Of a DNA stretch of 64,000 bases, positions 26,801 to 40,900 are shown in pieces (position 1 is the first letter of the stretch; each line of letters starts with the position of its first letter). The notes beneath the pieces are model-generated. The model was not told the origin of the DNA and searched no databases. It saw only the letters and a list, made by a program, of their open reading frames with translations. The DNA is taken from positions 6,200,001-6,264,000 of the forward strand of contig JBHGNT010000012.1 in the NCBI GenBank assembly GCA_043228905.1, written 5' to 3'. Source of the DNA: Azolla caroliniana (Eukaryota > Plantae > Polypodiophyta). The position numbers were made by a program, and so were the translations under genes.

Positions 26801-28305
26801 TAGTGTAGAACTCATTTATGAACAGTCAAGTACTGTCAGGACTTAGTACTTGTGTCAGCCCGATTGTCATGGCTTGTATAAAAGGTGCTCACTGAGCACG
26901 GTGTATGTACAAATTGAGTATTATTTTTGAATTTAGTTTCTGTGTGTTCTCTCTATCTCTCCCACGTACTGTGTACATTCAAGCTCTCCATTGAACCTGC
27001 GTGTTTTTTGTGTTCGGTTTTCTACTTGCTTCCGCACATAATCTTTCATATGGTATCAGAGCGAGGTTTGAGAACCTCCGCAGCCGACATAGCTTGAAAG
27101 GAAAACTAACCAAGAAGAACAGGTAAAACCGATGGATAGAGGCATGGCTAGCTCACTTTTGACGGAGAAGCTCGACAGAAACAACTATGCGTCTTGGTCC
27201 TACAAGATGCACCAGTACCTGCTCGGGCACGGTTATTGGAGCTATGTCGACGGAGCAAATGACACAGCACCCGAATCGACACACAGAGATTTCCCGGCAT
27301 GGGAACAGTCGGCGAGTAGAGTACTGTACTGCTTCGTGTCTTGTGTGGGCGAACAACTTCTAAGCTACATTCTGGATGCAAAAATGCCGAAAGATGCTTG
27401 GGGAAATCTGAAGAAGATTTTCGCCGTGAGCACTACAGCCAGAAAGCTTCAACTATGACAGGAGCTGAGCAACCTACGACAACGCGATTTGTCGGTGGCT
27501 GATTACACCTCGACGATCAAAGATATATGCGACTCCTTAGCCTGCATCGATGTGAACGTCGAGGAAGGCAAGATGGTGCAGATCTGTCTCGGGGGACTGG
27601 TGTCGAAGTTTGGAGCGTTCCGAACTGTTGTGTGTACACGGGAGAATATGCCGTCGTTTTTCGACCTATAGTCGATGCTCCTTATAGAGGAGAACCATGC
27701 GGGTGCGTCGATGAGCACGCATGCCGACAACAAGATGTTGTACATGGAGGGAGGTAGGCCTTGTGGTCGTGGTGGACGAGGCGAGTCAACTCGCAATGGA
27801 GGCAGCCGACGGGGTCAAGGAAGAAGGCACCGAAGTGATGCCGACAACAATGCCGGACCCTCCGGAAATAAGGGGAGTTGAGGCGAAGAGAATCGGCAAG
27901 GGAAATCTATCGCGGAATGCTGGTAATGTGGCAAAAAAGGCCACAAAGAGAGCGAGCGCTGGAAAAAGCGCGCTGATTCGGAGAGAACTGGACCCAGATC
28001 ATGCTCCGGATAGATCGACAAAGGGAATCGGCAGCGATCGCACTACGTTGAAGGATCCGGAAAAGCCGGAAAAGGGTCAGCCTTCATGCCGAGACACGAA
28101 GCGAACTCGATGAAGATGTCCACCCCGAAATCGGACGAGGTATGGTATGTCGACTCCGGCGCGTCAAGCCACATGATGTGCCACAATGAGTGGTTCTCGT
28201 ACCTGGAAAAACTGATGCAACCGGAGACGACACTCCGCATCTGATCGCGAATGTCGGTGAAGTTCCCTTGAACCATGTCAGGAAGAAAGGGAAACTTATG
28301 AACGT

Positions 28306-28952
28306 TGTCGCGAAGATTCGCACGTGCGTGTGCTACTCGAGCGACCACCGGGGTCTTGGACTGGGGAGGATGTTCGCGGAATTATTGAAGAGATGACGAT
28401 CAATGTAAGATTAGATGAAATTGGTTTACTTGAGAAGAAGAAAAATTGTACACTTGAGAAGTAGAAAAATATGAAGAAGATAAAGACAAATATAATTATA
28501 TTGATGATAATGGTGTTGGTGATATCACATATTGAGCCCCCCTTACACAAGCCCAACTAGAGGCTTTTATAGGTCTTTCCATGCTCGTGACATGCACATA
28601 ACCATGGGCTAAAACCATGGTTTTGTGCACATGGTTTTGCTTATGTCATGCACAAACCATGGGTTTAAAACCATGGTTTTGTGCACATGGTTTTCTATGG
28701 TTGTTTCGTCTATAATTTGTATATGAAAAGGAAATACATAAAATCTACATTATATGATAGTTGTCCTAGTGGTAAGGCAATTATCTTGTATCTTAGAGGT
28801 GCAAGGTTCAATCCTTGCTTGCACCCCTCTGTATGAACTCAAGTGCCACTAGGCCTTAGGAGGCTTATTTGCTAAGTGTATGTGCAATGTTGCACATCCT
28901 TGGTTTATTCGTCTCACTCGGTTTCACATCGTAGCCGAAAATCGTCACAACA
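28306..28952 (-). mobile_element. Solo LTR (related to the LTRs at 45612/48602)
   Basis: TGTCGCGAAGAT...CACAACA with TSD ACGT (28302-05 and 28953-56). Homologous to 45612-46276, including the tRNA-like segment at ~28761-28820. Confidence 0.88.
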
Positions 28953-28965
28953 ACGTGTTACACGT

Positions 28966-29670
28966 TGTCGTGAAGATTTTCGTCCATAGGGGGAAAACTG
29001 AGCGGAGTGAGCAAAACCGGGGTGTGCAATGTTGCACACGCACATGATGTTTTTGTAAATAAGAACAAATGTAAATTGTAAGCAATGCACCACAAGATTC
29101 CTAAAGTATAAATGTGATGTGCACATCCACATGAGAGAGAGAGAGGTACATAGCAGTACGAGGTGAGTAAGGGGCATAGTAGTATGTGTGAGGAGTGGGA
29201 GTTAGGGCCCCATCAATCCCTCCTCCAAGAATCCAAGAAAATATCCCCATTGCATGAAGGGGATATTTAGTCTCTCCTTTTGTAACGACTTCCTCTCTTA
29301 TGCTATAAAAGGAGAGGAAGGGGCACCATTGAAGGGGTTGCCTATTTTGTGTATGGGAGGTATACCGCTTAGTCTAGAGTTCTTACCGTTTTAGGGTTAG
29401 GGTTTCGTTATTCATCTTCAGTTAGGGTTTTCTCATAGTCGTTTGGTGCGGCCCATGGGGCCACCATGGTTGTAATCATTCGTTCGTTTTAATATAACTT
29501 GTTGAGTATCTTGCCTCCGCGATCTCTCCTTCTATGTCATGGTCTTATTCTTTCCTCTTCTCCTCTTGAGCTAAGCCTCCATATCATGTCTTATTCTTTC
29601 TCCTTTGCTCCTTAGTCCGAGACCCCCGTGGTCCCGCCCCTTCTACACGCACGCGCGTAACAACGCAACA
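28966..29670 (+). mobile_element. Solo LTR of a related family, opposite orientation
   Basis: TGTCGTGAAG...CGCAACA with TSD ACGT (28962-65 and 29671-74). The reverse complement of its end matches the start of the 45612 LTR. Removing both LTRs restores host MNVLHVPTITK. Confidence 0.85.
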
Positions 29671-32529
29671 ACGTCCCCACAATCACGAAGAATCTGGTGT
29701 CGGTCGGGCAGATCGTCTACCAGGGGATGCAAGTCCGGTTTATGCATCTTGGGTGCTTCATCAAGGAAGAAGGCCAAGTTATTGCGCAAGGGCGTACAGA
29801 TGGGAGGATGTTTATCCTCGACTGTAGTGACGGTGGCACCGCAATGTTCGCGAAAAGAAAAAAAGTCGAGTCGGATATCAACTTATGGCACAAGTGGATA
29901 GGCCACGTCAACTATCAGCGGCTTTACGACCTGCAATCGAAACAAGTGGTGTTCGGATTGCCCAAATTTAGTGGCCGAAAGGCGCAAATTTGTGAAGCCT
30001 CCCAGCTAGGGAAGCAACACCGACTTCCTTTACCTAACGAGCGTAACCGGAGCCGGAACAAGCTCGACCTGATACATTCCGATGTATGGGGGCCGGCACA
30101 GAACGTTAGTCTTGGCGGGAGTCGATATTTTGTCTCCTTTATCGACGACTATACGCAACACATGTGGATCTACCTCATTGAGAAGAAGAGTGAAGTCTTC
30201 GATTGTTTCTGGGACCTCAAGAGTTTTGTTGAAAGGGAAATAGGAAGAAAGATCAAGTGCTTGCGGTCGGATGGTGGAATAGGATACTTTTCCGGTCAAT
30301 TCAACGGCTATCTGCAACAGATGGGAATTCGGTGCGAATTTAGTTGTAGATACACGCCAGAGCAAAATGGCGTGGCCGAGAGGAAGAACAGATGGGAATT
30401 GTAGAAGCAACATGGGCAATGCTGGAAGAGAAGAGCTTGCCCAAGTTCTATTGGGCCGATGCGGTACGAACCGCAGTATACATTCAGAATCGGATTGGAG
30501 AAAAAGTGTCGGCGCATGACCTGTATTTAGGAAGGAAGCCGAATCTACAACACTTGAGAGTTTTCGGTAGTATTGCGTATGTGCATGTGCCGAAGTAGAA
30601 ACGGAGGAAGTTGGACGCGAAAGCCGAGAAGTGTATCTTGGTCGGCTACTCGGACGAGCAGAAGGGTTATAAGTGTTATAACCCTCGCACCAAACAAGCG
30701 CGCGTGAGCCGTGACGTTGTGTTTGACGAGTCCGCGTCCTGGTACTTGCCTCCACTCCGGACCTCACCTCCAATCCGATGACGATGAGGTCAGCGAGGCC
30801 GCGATGCCTCCGGATGATCCTGAAATCGGGACCCTCGAAGAAAGTCCGATTTCATTTCGGTTAAGCGGACCGGATGGATGACTGAGTCGGTTCGACTAGT
30901 CCGATGAAGAGCCAGTGAGTAGTGGAGACTCGGCCGGGCATTCCCCGCATAGAAAGCCGAGGAGACGGCTTACGCGCAAGGAAAAAGGGAAGAAGAAGGT
31001 GTCGGATTACGACACGGATAGGAACGAGTCAGATCGACGTGTTGCAATGGAGGAAGAGATGTGCGCATTGGTGGAGAATGAAACCTGGGACCTGGTTGAC
31101 GCACCGAAAGGTGTGAAGCCGATTGGATGTAGGTGGGTGTACAAGGTCAAGTACAACATTGACGGCTCAATTAACCGATACAAGGCCCGGTTAGTAGCGA
31201 AAGGCTACGCGCAGAAACACGACATCAACTACGATGAGACGTTTACGCCGGTCGTGAAGATGATGATCGTCCGTGTTTTGCTCGCGGTTGCTGCGGCAAA
31301 GGGATGACACTTACATTAGATGGATGTAAGGAATGCGTTCCTGCAAGGTGAGCTTGAGGAATAGGTGTACATGGTACAACCCCCCAGATTTCACTCCGAA
31401 ACGAACACTTCGGTGGTGTGCCGATTGAAGAAGTCCCTTTACGGACTAATGCAAGCCCCGCGTGCCTGGAACGTGAAGATCACGCAACGATTGCATCGGT
31501 TGGGCTTTGCGACGTCAAAATCGGACTCCTCACTGTTCATCCGGAAAGGTCGACTTGGGCCGGTTAGTAATTTACTTTATGTTGATGACTTGGTCATCAC
31601 CGGCGCCGACCTTGGTGAAATTGACCGCGTAAAGCTCCAACTTGCGGCGTCATTTGACATGAAGGACCTGGGGGACCTTCATTACTTCCTCGGGATCGAA
31701 GTGATCCGCACCCCCGAAGGCATACTGATTAGCCAACAGCATTACGTGCTGAGTATGCTCTTCAAATTCGGGATGGCCGATTGTATGTTTGTATCAATTC
31801 CTCTCGATAGAACCGTCAAGCTTCGCTCCGATTCCAGAAAGGTATGCGATCCGACGAGGTTCCGACAGATAGTCGGAAGCCTTATATACTTGACCATCAC
31901 CCAACCAGATCTCAGCTACCCGGTCGGGGTGATCAGTCAGTTCATGGCGCGACTACCGAGGAGCACCTTTAGTGTGCACAACGCGTACTCCGGTACGTCA
32001 GTGGCACTAAGGACTGGGGGCTACTATATCGGGCCGATACTACCGCGCAATTGGTCGGTTACACCGATGCTGATTGGGCCGGAAATGCCGGCGATCGCCG
32101 CTCCACGTCCGGTTTCGCGTTCTCTCTCGGGAGTGCCACGATCGCGTGGAGTAGCAAGAAGTAGCTGACAGTTGCGTTGTCAAGCACCGACGCCGAGTAT
32201 AGAGCGGTTGTCGCGACATGCGAAGCCATATGGTTGAAGCGGCTACTTAAGGATCTGCAGGTGAATGTATCTGATCCAACACCACTCTACTATGACAACT
32301 TCAGCAGCATCCCCGGGGACTTCACTGTCAAAACTTGTATGATAGCACGTGATTTCATCAACAGGGGTTTTAATTAATCAGTGAGATACAGAATATATAT
32401 ACATAAGGGTATTAATAAAGATTTGAAAATATTTTTACATAAGGGTATTATCAATTATGCTGGAAAAAAAATTACATAAGCCCATGAAATATTAAATATT
32501 TCAATGAGATAGTAAAGAATATATTATGC

Positions 32530-34035
32530 AAACAATACTCAAATTTGAAGTGGCATACATACATACATATACATGCATGCATCCATATATACCTACATTC
32601 AAACATTACATTCATGAATATGTATATACATACATACATTACACCCATTTATACATGCATGCTGACTAAACATAAATATATATTACCATATGTAAATATG
32701 TACATACACATACATACATGCATTACATACTACATACATATTAAAATTGGCCATATATATTGACATACATATATAGATAATACATACATAAAAATTACAT
32801 ATTACATTTATACATATACTTCCTTACAAACATATTTTATATATTACATATGTACAAATATATATTACCATATGTAAATATGTACATACACATACATCCA
32901 TGCATTACATACTACATACATATTAAAATTGGCCATATATATTGACATACATACATAAAAATTGCATATTACATTTATACATACACTTCCTTACAAACAT
33001 ATTTTATATATTACATATTACACACATTTATTATTATACACACAATTATATACAAATGCAAATATACAAACCAAACACAAAAAAAATAAAATTCATATTA
33101 TATATAATAATAATATATATATATATATTATATACACATACATACACATACACACATTCCATACATACAATACAATACAATATGTACCTACATACACACA
33201 CAAACATAACACACATCACACATGCATATATCATATACATGCATATATACCTACAGGCTACATTCATATATCACACTTCACACATGCATATATACCTACA
33301 TCCATGAATATGTATATACATACATTACAATCATTTATACATACATATTAACTAAACATAAATATATGTATAAATATATATTACCATATGTAAATATGTA
33401 CATAATACATACAATAAAATTACATATTACATACATATATTATATATACATACACAAATGCATATATACATACAAAACACACAAAAATAAATTACATATT
33501 ATATATATGTATACACATACACATACATATTAACACCTAAAGGCTAAGATTACATACTATATATATACAAATCTTCATACTTACAAACAAGTTACATATA
33601 TTACATATATATACACGTGCACACACATAAATAAATTAGATATTACATAGCATATATTACACAATATTCAAATTTACACATACATAAATTACATATATAC
33701 ATATATAAATACATACATAGATATACATATTACATATGTACATACATATTCCACATATCACCATATATATATGTATAGATTATACTGGACCATACAAACC
33801 ACAATACTTATATATATACATACTACACACACACACACATTAGATATGTATATGTATACTTACACATAAATAAATTAGATATTACATAGCACATAATCCA
33901 TACCTATTACACAATATACAAATTTACACATGCATAAATTACATATATACACACATAGATATATTACATATGTACATACATATTCTACATATCACCATAT
34001 GTATAGATCATACTAGACCATACAAACCACAATAC

Positions 34036-34105
<70 letters not shown>

Positions 34106-36204
34106 TAGATATATGTATACTTACACATACATTGGATATATACATGCATATTACGTACATATTACAAACATACATCCATATACGAGCCATATACATATGT
34201 ACTAAACATGAAAATATCCCAAAAATATACATACATAAATACATTACATATATACACGTACATACATTCATACATTTACATATATATGACCACATACACA
34301 CACACACACATACATTAGATATATATGCACATATTACAAACATATTCATACTCATTAAATCATGTATATTGACATATACATATATGTATACACATACATA
34401 CATTACATATGTACATACATATTCCACATATCACCATATATATATGTACATATGCCTACAATGTTAAAAGTTTTATAAACATACATCCATACACATATAT
34501 ACACACATTACATACATGCATACACATAAATATGTTACATACACATACATACATACATTTCATCACAGACTACAATACATACATGTATACTTACACATAC
34601 ATGAATATTATGAACACACTCATGAATATTATGAACACACTCATGTATGCATAGTACACTATTACACATACAAACATACATGCATTGCATATTACATATA
34701 TATACATATGTACATGCATACATGTACATTCATGCGTGTACATACATACATTGCATATGCATATATTACAATCACATTCATATACATTGAATCATGTACA
34801 TTGTCATATATATGCATACACATATGTACATTCATACATGGACATACCTATATTCATTTATATATTGCTATTGTCTACATATACATAAATTAGATATATA
34901 CATAAATATTACAATCACACATCCATACACATTGAATCATGTACATTGTCATATGGATATATGCATACACATACATACATACGTGTATGTATACATACAT
35001 ACATTAGATATGGATATATGCATACACATATGTACATTCGTATATGGACATACATATCTTCATTTATACATTTCTACACATACATACACATATATACAAA
35101 AGATATCTACATACATATTATGCATATATTACAATCACACATCAATACACATTGAATCATGTACATTTGCATATGCATATATGCATACGCATACATACAT
35201 ACATACATACATACATACATACATACATACATACATACATACATGACATATGCATATATGCATACACATATATACATTCGTACATGGACATACATATAGT
35301 CTTTTATACATTGCTACATGTACATACATACATATATTAGATATATACACACATACGTATATATATATACACACCTACATATAGTCTTCTATACATACAC
35401 ACACATTACATATAGATATATGCATACACATATGTACATTTGTACATGGACATACATATATTCATTTATACATTGCTACATATACATACACATATATATA
35501 CATAGATATTATGCACATATTATAATCACACATCCATACACATTGAATCATGTACATTTGCATATGCATATATGCATACACATACATATAGTCTTTTATA
35601 CATTGCTACATGTACATACACATACATACATATTACAAACAAATATCCACACACACACACACACACATACAAATATACATACATTACATATTACATATGT
35701 ACATTCATATATTCATTCAGTCATGTTTATTAATTGAAGCATACATATTTTATGCATATATATATATATATATATATATATTCATTCATTCATGCATGCA
35801 TACATTATGTGCACATACATACATAACATACATTCAAACATTCATGTTTTTTTATTTAGATATTTGCCTCCTCCTTTGCTCCCTTCTCTTCTTTGCTCAT
35901 TTCTGCGACTGCTTCTTCTCCCCTTCTTTTTGTCCTCGTTTTGCCGCCACCACCGCTCGCCTTGTCGTGCCGCTTTTGCTCACCATTATTCTCTGTTGGG
36001 GCTGCCACAACTACTCTACAAATATTTTACAGGTACACATAAGTACAAACATAAACCAACACATAAATTCTTAGCTACACCCACACACACACGTACATAC
36101 ATACATACGTACATACATACATACATACATACATACATACATACATACATACATACATACATACATACATACATACATACATACATACATACATACATGC
36201 ATAC
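32530..36204. repeat. Cryptic (CA/TA/CATA)n low-complexity tract
   Basis: G-poor ACAT-rich sequence with pure (CA)n and (CATA)n runs and local duplications. It continues at 50352-51153 and 60367-60646. Confidence 0.9.
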
Positions 36205-37911
36205 TGAAAAGAATGGCGTGCGAAAGCAATATAGAAAAACCAAACAACAGAAAACGCTGGTTTAATGGAAAGCTTAGGTTTTCACTGTACGCACAGGAGA
36301 GACAGAGAGAGAGTAACACAAGAACTTAAATTCGAAAAATAATACTCAATCTGTACATAGGATGTGCTCAGTGAGCATTTTTATACAAGCCCTGACAGTG
36401 GGCTGACACAAGTACTGATAGTACTTGACTGCTCATAAATGAGCCTCGACACTTACTCCCAAAACTATTCCTTACGAGGAATATCTTTCTAACGGCCTTT
36501 CGGTCTACACACCGATACGGCCTTTCTACGCATCGGTCTGCGTACCAGTTTTATGCACCCAGTCTAAACACGGGTTACGCATCGTATTACGCACAAATGT
36601 TGAGCTTGTCTCTCAACACTCCCCCTCAAGCTCAACTTGAGGTTTCGCCTGCTCTGCCGTACCTACGCTCCAGCTTCTCCTAGCTCCACGCCTCGCTCGC
36701 GCTCCTCGGCCTGTTCGACTCCGCGCGCTTCGACCCTTCTGGTCGGCTTGTCTACTCCCACGACCCTTCACAGGTCCCTTGCTGTCGCGATGTTGGCGCT
36801 TCTCCTGCTGCCTTCTTTTCCGCTTGGTCCTCAGTTGATTTAGTGTATCTGAATCAAACATTCGAACCGACTCGGCTACCTCCGATCGGTTTTCGCTCTC
36901 GTCTGAGTTGGTTGTCTCCAACTCGTCTTCGGTCTTCTCGCCCTTGACGGCGTCATCTCCCCCATGCCTGGTTGGCTTTGGCTCTTTCTTTCGGCCACTC
37001 CCCTTGTGTCCGCTTTTGGACTCTTCCGTGAATCCGCTCTCGGCTTCTTCAGTCGATCCGAGGTCTTTTCCGCTCCTTTCCTGCTCCCTTTCATGGTCAT
37101 CTGGGTCTTTTCTGCTCCTTTCCTGCTCCCTTTCGTGGTCATCTGGGACGTTTCTCCCCCTCAAGTTCGGCAGTCGAAGCGACGCAACCCAAGTGCACCC
37201 GAAAATTGCCGCAACTTGTCCAGACCAAGAGGCTTGGTGAAGATGTCGGCGGTCTGCCGATCTGTCGGAACATATTGAAGTTCGACTTCACCAGAAAGGA
37301 CATGCTCACGGACAAAATGGTAGTGCACCTCAATGTGCTTGGTCCGTGCGAGGTGTCGCAATAGATCGTCGTTGGATCGGACACCTCCACCTGCAGATCC
37401 TTAAGTAGCCGCTTCAACCATATGGCTTCGCATGTTGTGACAACCGCTCCTCTATACTCGGCTTTAGTGCTCGACAGTGCAACTGTCGGCTGCTTCTTGC
37501 TACTCCACGCTATCGCGGCACTCCCAAGAGAGAACACATGTCCGGACGTGGATCGGCGATCAGCGACATTGCCGGCCCAGTCAGCATCAGTGTAGCTGAC
37601 CAACTGCGGGGCTGTATCGGTCCGATATAGCAGTCCGCGGTCCTTAGTGCCGCTTACGTACCGCAGTACGCGTTGCGCACACTAAAGGTGCTCCTCGGTA
37701 GGTTGCACCATGAACTGACTGATCACCCCGACCGGATAACTGAGATCGGGTCGGGTGATGGTCAAGTAGATAAGCCTTCCGACAACTTGTCGGAACCTTG
37801 TCGGATCGCAAACCTTGCCGGAATTGGGGCGAAGCTTGACAGTTCTGTCCAGAGGAGTCGAGATGGACTTACAGTCTGCCATCCCGAATTTGAAGAGCAT
37901 ATTCAGTGCGT

Positions 37912-40900
37912 TGTCGTGAAGAAAACCGTCCACAAGCAGAATCGGTGCGCCGGAGCGTACGAACCGGCTCTTCTTGCACGTTGTACATAAGAGAGAATGT
38001 TGTACATAGAAGATCCTAGGTAGGTAGATTCGGTAGGTGGGGAGTTAATGGGAAACGACTCCTTTTTTTTTTTGCCTATAAGAGGAGGGAGACGAGGAGG
38101 AGGAAGGGGATCGCGGAGAGTGGAGGACGAAGTGCTGTCGGTTTGCGTGCGAAGGCTTCTCTCTCTCTCTCTGGTTCGCAAACTCCATAGCTTCCTTCTG
38201 TGCAGGTTTCGGGAGGCTCGCGCTGCTCTAAGGAATGCCCGAGAGCTTCCGGCAGCACCTCCAACCTGTCTTTCTGTGCGTTTACGAACAGGCATCGGCA
38301 TCTGCTCGCCGGCCTGTTCGGTTGTAACCGACTTCGTGTTTTGTTGCTTTCGTGTTCTTGTTGTTGTCTTTGTTAATACATACATACCTTCGTGTCTCTC
38401 TGTGTCGCTGTCCCACTCGCGTCTTTGCGTCGAAGGGCCGTGTCCCTGTGAATCTACGCTCGCACGTAGTGGGTCTCTTCTCTTTCTCTCTTGCTCTTCG
38501 GTACAGGACCCCCGAGGTCCTGCCTCACTCCACGCCTCCGCGAGGAATACCAAGGCGTGGGGCCAAGACAGCCCGGACACTCGGGAAAGACCCCACGACT
38601 GTACGATAGGTAGGAAATTTTGCTTCTCCAACAACGGAGGGTGTATGATAGTCGGCATCGTTGGCCGAGAAAAAGCAAGGGTGGAAGTGCGACTTCGAGC
38701 GTGCGGAGTTCTCGGCCCGAACGAGGAAATCAGCGGAGCCGTGGAGGCGGTCTCCTTCGACGACACCTTGGGGATGCTGAGGAAGGTTGCCGGAGAAGAC
38801 CTTAACGAAGACCGGACGATACCGGTATGTTCCGAAGAGATGTATGAAGTCATCGCGAACTTCAGTCGGGGGCTCGGGTTGGATCGGACGGCCTGAGTTA
38901 GCACGAAGTACAAGACTGTGGACCGGAAGGTAAGGCCAGTCGCGGCAGCCTTACCGGAGGGCAGCGAGTCCCGAATCAGAGGGGTTGCGTCGGACCCCAG
39001 TTTACGAGATCCGGCCTGCATAGGACACACCTTCACCGACGGGACGCTCCGGGAGCTCAAGATCGGTGGGGGCGGTTTCCTACTGCCGGCGGAGGAAGAC
39101 CGGTTTCGGAGAATGCTCGGAAGGCACGGGAAAGCCTTCGCATTCTCGCCGGAAGAGATCGGGTGCGTAGACCCGACAATCGTGGAGCCGATGGTGATAT
39201 TCACGGTACCGCATGTGCCGTGGAATCTCAAGCCGATTCCGGTCCCAAGAGCTCACATCCCGGAGTTGATGGAGCTACTGAGGCAGAAAGTCGATATGGG
39301 CATTCTCGAACCGTCGAGTGCCCCATACTCGAACCGATGGTTCACCGTACCAAAGAAAAACGGAACGTTGCGCTTCATTCAAGACCTGCAGCCGGTCAAC
39401 AGAGTGACCATTCGGAACGCAGGAATCGGACCGACCATAGACGAGTTCGCGGAGGCCTTCGCCGGAAGGTCGATTTACTCGGTCGGTGATCTGTACTCGG
39501 GGTACGACCAGTTCCAGCTAGCCATGGAGAGCAGAGACATTACGACGATGCGAACTCCCCTCGGCCTAGTGTGAATGTGTACCCTGCCGCAAGGAGGGAC
39601 CAACTCGGTGGCCCACATGGTGAATGCAATGAACAAGGTACTGAGGGATTGCATCCCGGACATCACCATGCCGTTTCTAGACGACATCCCTATCAAAGGG
39701 TGCCCGGTGGAAGAGAAGGACGAGACAAGCGGGCCAGACGGATGCCGACGGTTCGTGGCAACACACATCGACGACTGCGAGAAGGTGCTACAAAGGCTAG
39801 AGGATGCGAGGCTCACCTTCTCCGGGGAGAAATCGGCCTTCGGGCAATCAGAAATCCTGGTGGTCGGACACCTGTGTGGACCATATGGCCGGAAGCCGTC
39901 GCCGGCAAAGGTAGAAGCCATCTCTGCGATGAAGACCGACTGTAGCTCGGTTACGGAAGTTCGGAGGTTCCTGGGGGCATGCGCGTTCTACCACATATGG
40001 GTCCCGCATTACGCCCACGTTGCGGAGCCGCTATACGGGTTGCTGAAGAAAGGGCGAAAATTCGAGTGGCGAGACGAGCACACTGAGTCGGTCCGGAAGC
40101 TGAAGGAAGCTCTTGCGGCAGCACCGACGCTTCGGAAGGCTGTCTACGGGAAGGGTACCCCGGTATACATAACGGTGGATACGAGCCCGACCGGGATCAG
40201 ATGGGTCGTCAGCCAAGAAGATGAGGACGACATTCGGTTCCCGATCCGATTCGGCGCAAAGGTCCTCAGTGAGCGACAACGAGGGTACACCCAGGTTAAA
40301 CGCGAACTCTGGGGTATCGTTTCGGCAGTAAAGGCCGACAAAGACTACCTGATCGGGACAGAAGTGATTATCGAGACGGATTGCCTGCCAATTCTCGGCA
40401 TGGTTTCTGGATGCGCGAGACCGGACCTGGCGATGCTAAGGTGGATAGCGTACATCAAGTCCCTGGACCCGGAAATACGACACATTTCCGGAAAAGACAA
40501 CGCCATGGCCGACATGCTTTCGAGGGCGAGGTTTGATGACGAGGGCGGCATGGTTTCGGGGGACGATGAAGTCGGCGTGGACTTCTTCGAGGCGGCGTAC
40601 GTGACGACTGATGGGACGAGCACTCCGGCACTTAACGACTTCGACGAGAGCAAGTACGACGGCGAGTGGCTCCGGATCGGTGGATTTTTGAGGACAATGA
40701 CGCCGGATGCGTTATGGACAAAGGACGAGGCCAACCGGATCCGGAAGAAAGCTTACCGATTCTTTCTCTGGGACGGATACTTATGGAAGCACCCGAAAAA
40801 GAGGAACGGCGTCCCGCTCCGGGTGGTGGCGATGAAGGAAGAACAGGAGGAGCTGCTGACGGGCTACCACGGCAGCCCTTGGGCCGGATACCGTGGAACG

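Noticed and set aside
32545-36319. Many His/Ile/Tyr/Thr- or Cys/Val/Met-rich ORFs (also 50297-51221 and 60201-60705)
   Set aside because: They are translation artefacts of CA/TA microsatellite sequence.
37903-39231. Long antisense or alternative-frame ORFs over GC-rich LTRs and pol (442 aa, 282 aa, tail of the 433-aa ORF)
   Set aside because: These are shadow ORFs or chimeric read-through across insertion junctions, with no recognisable domains.
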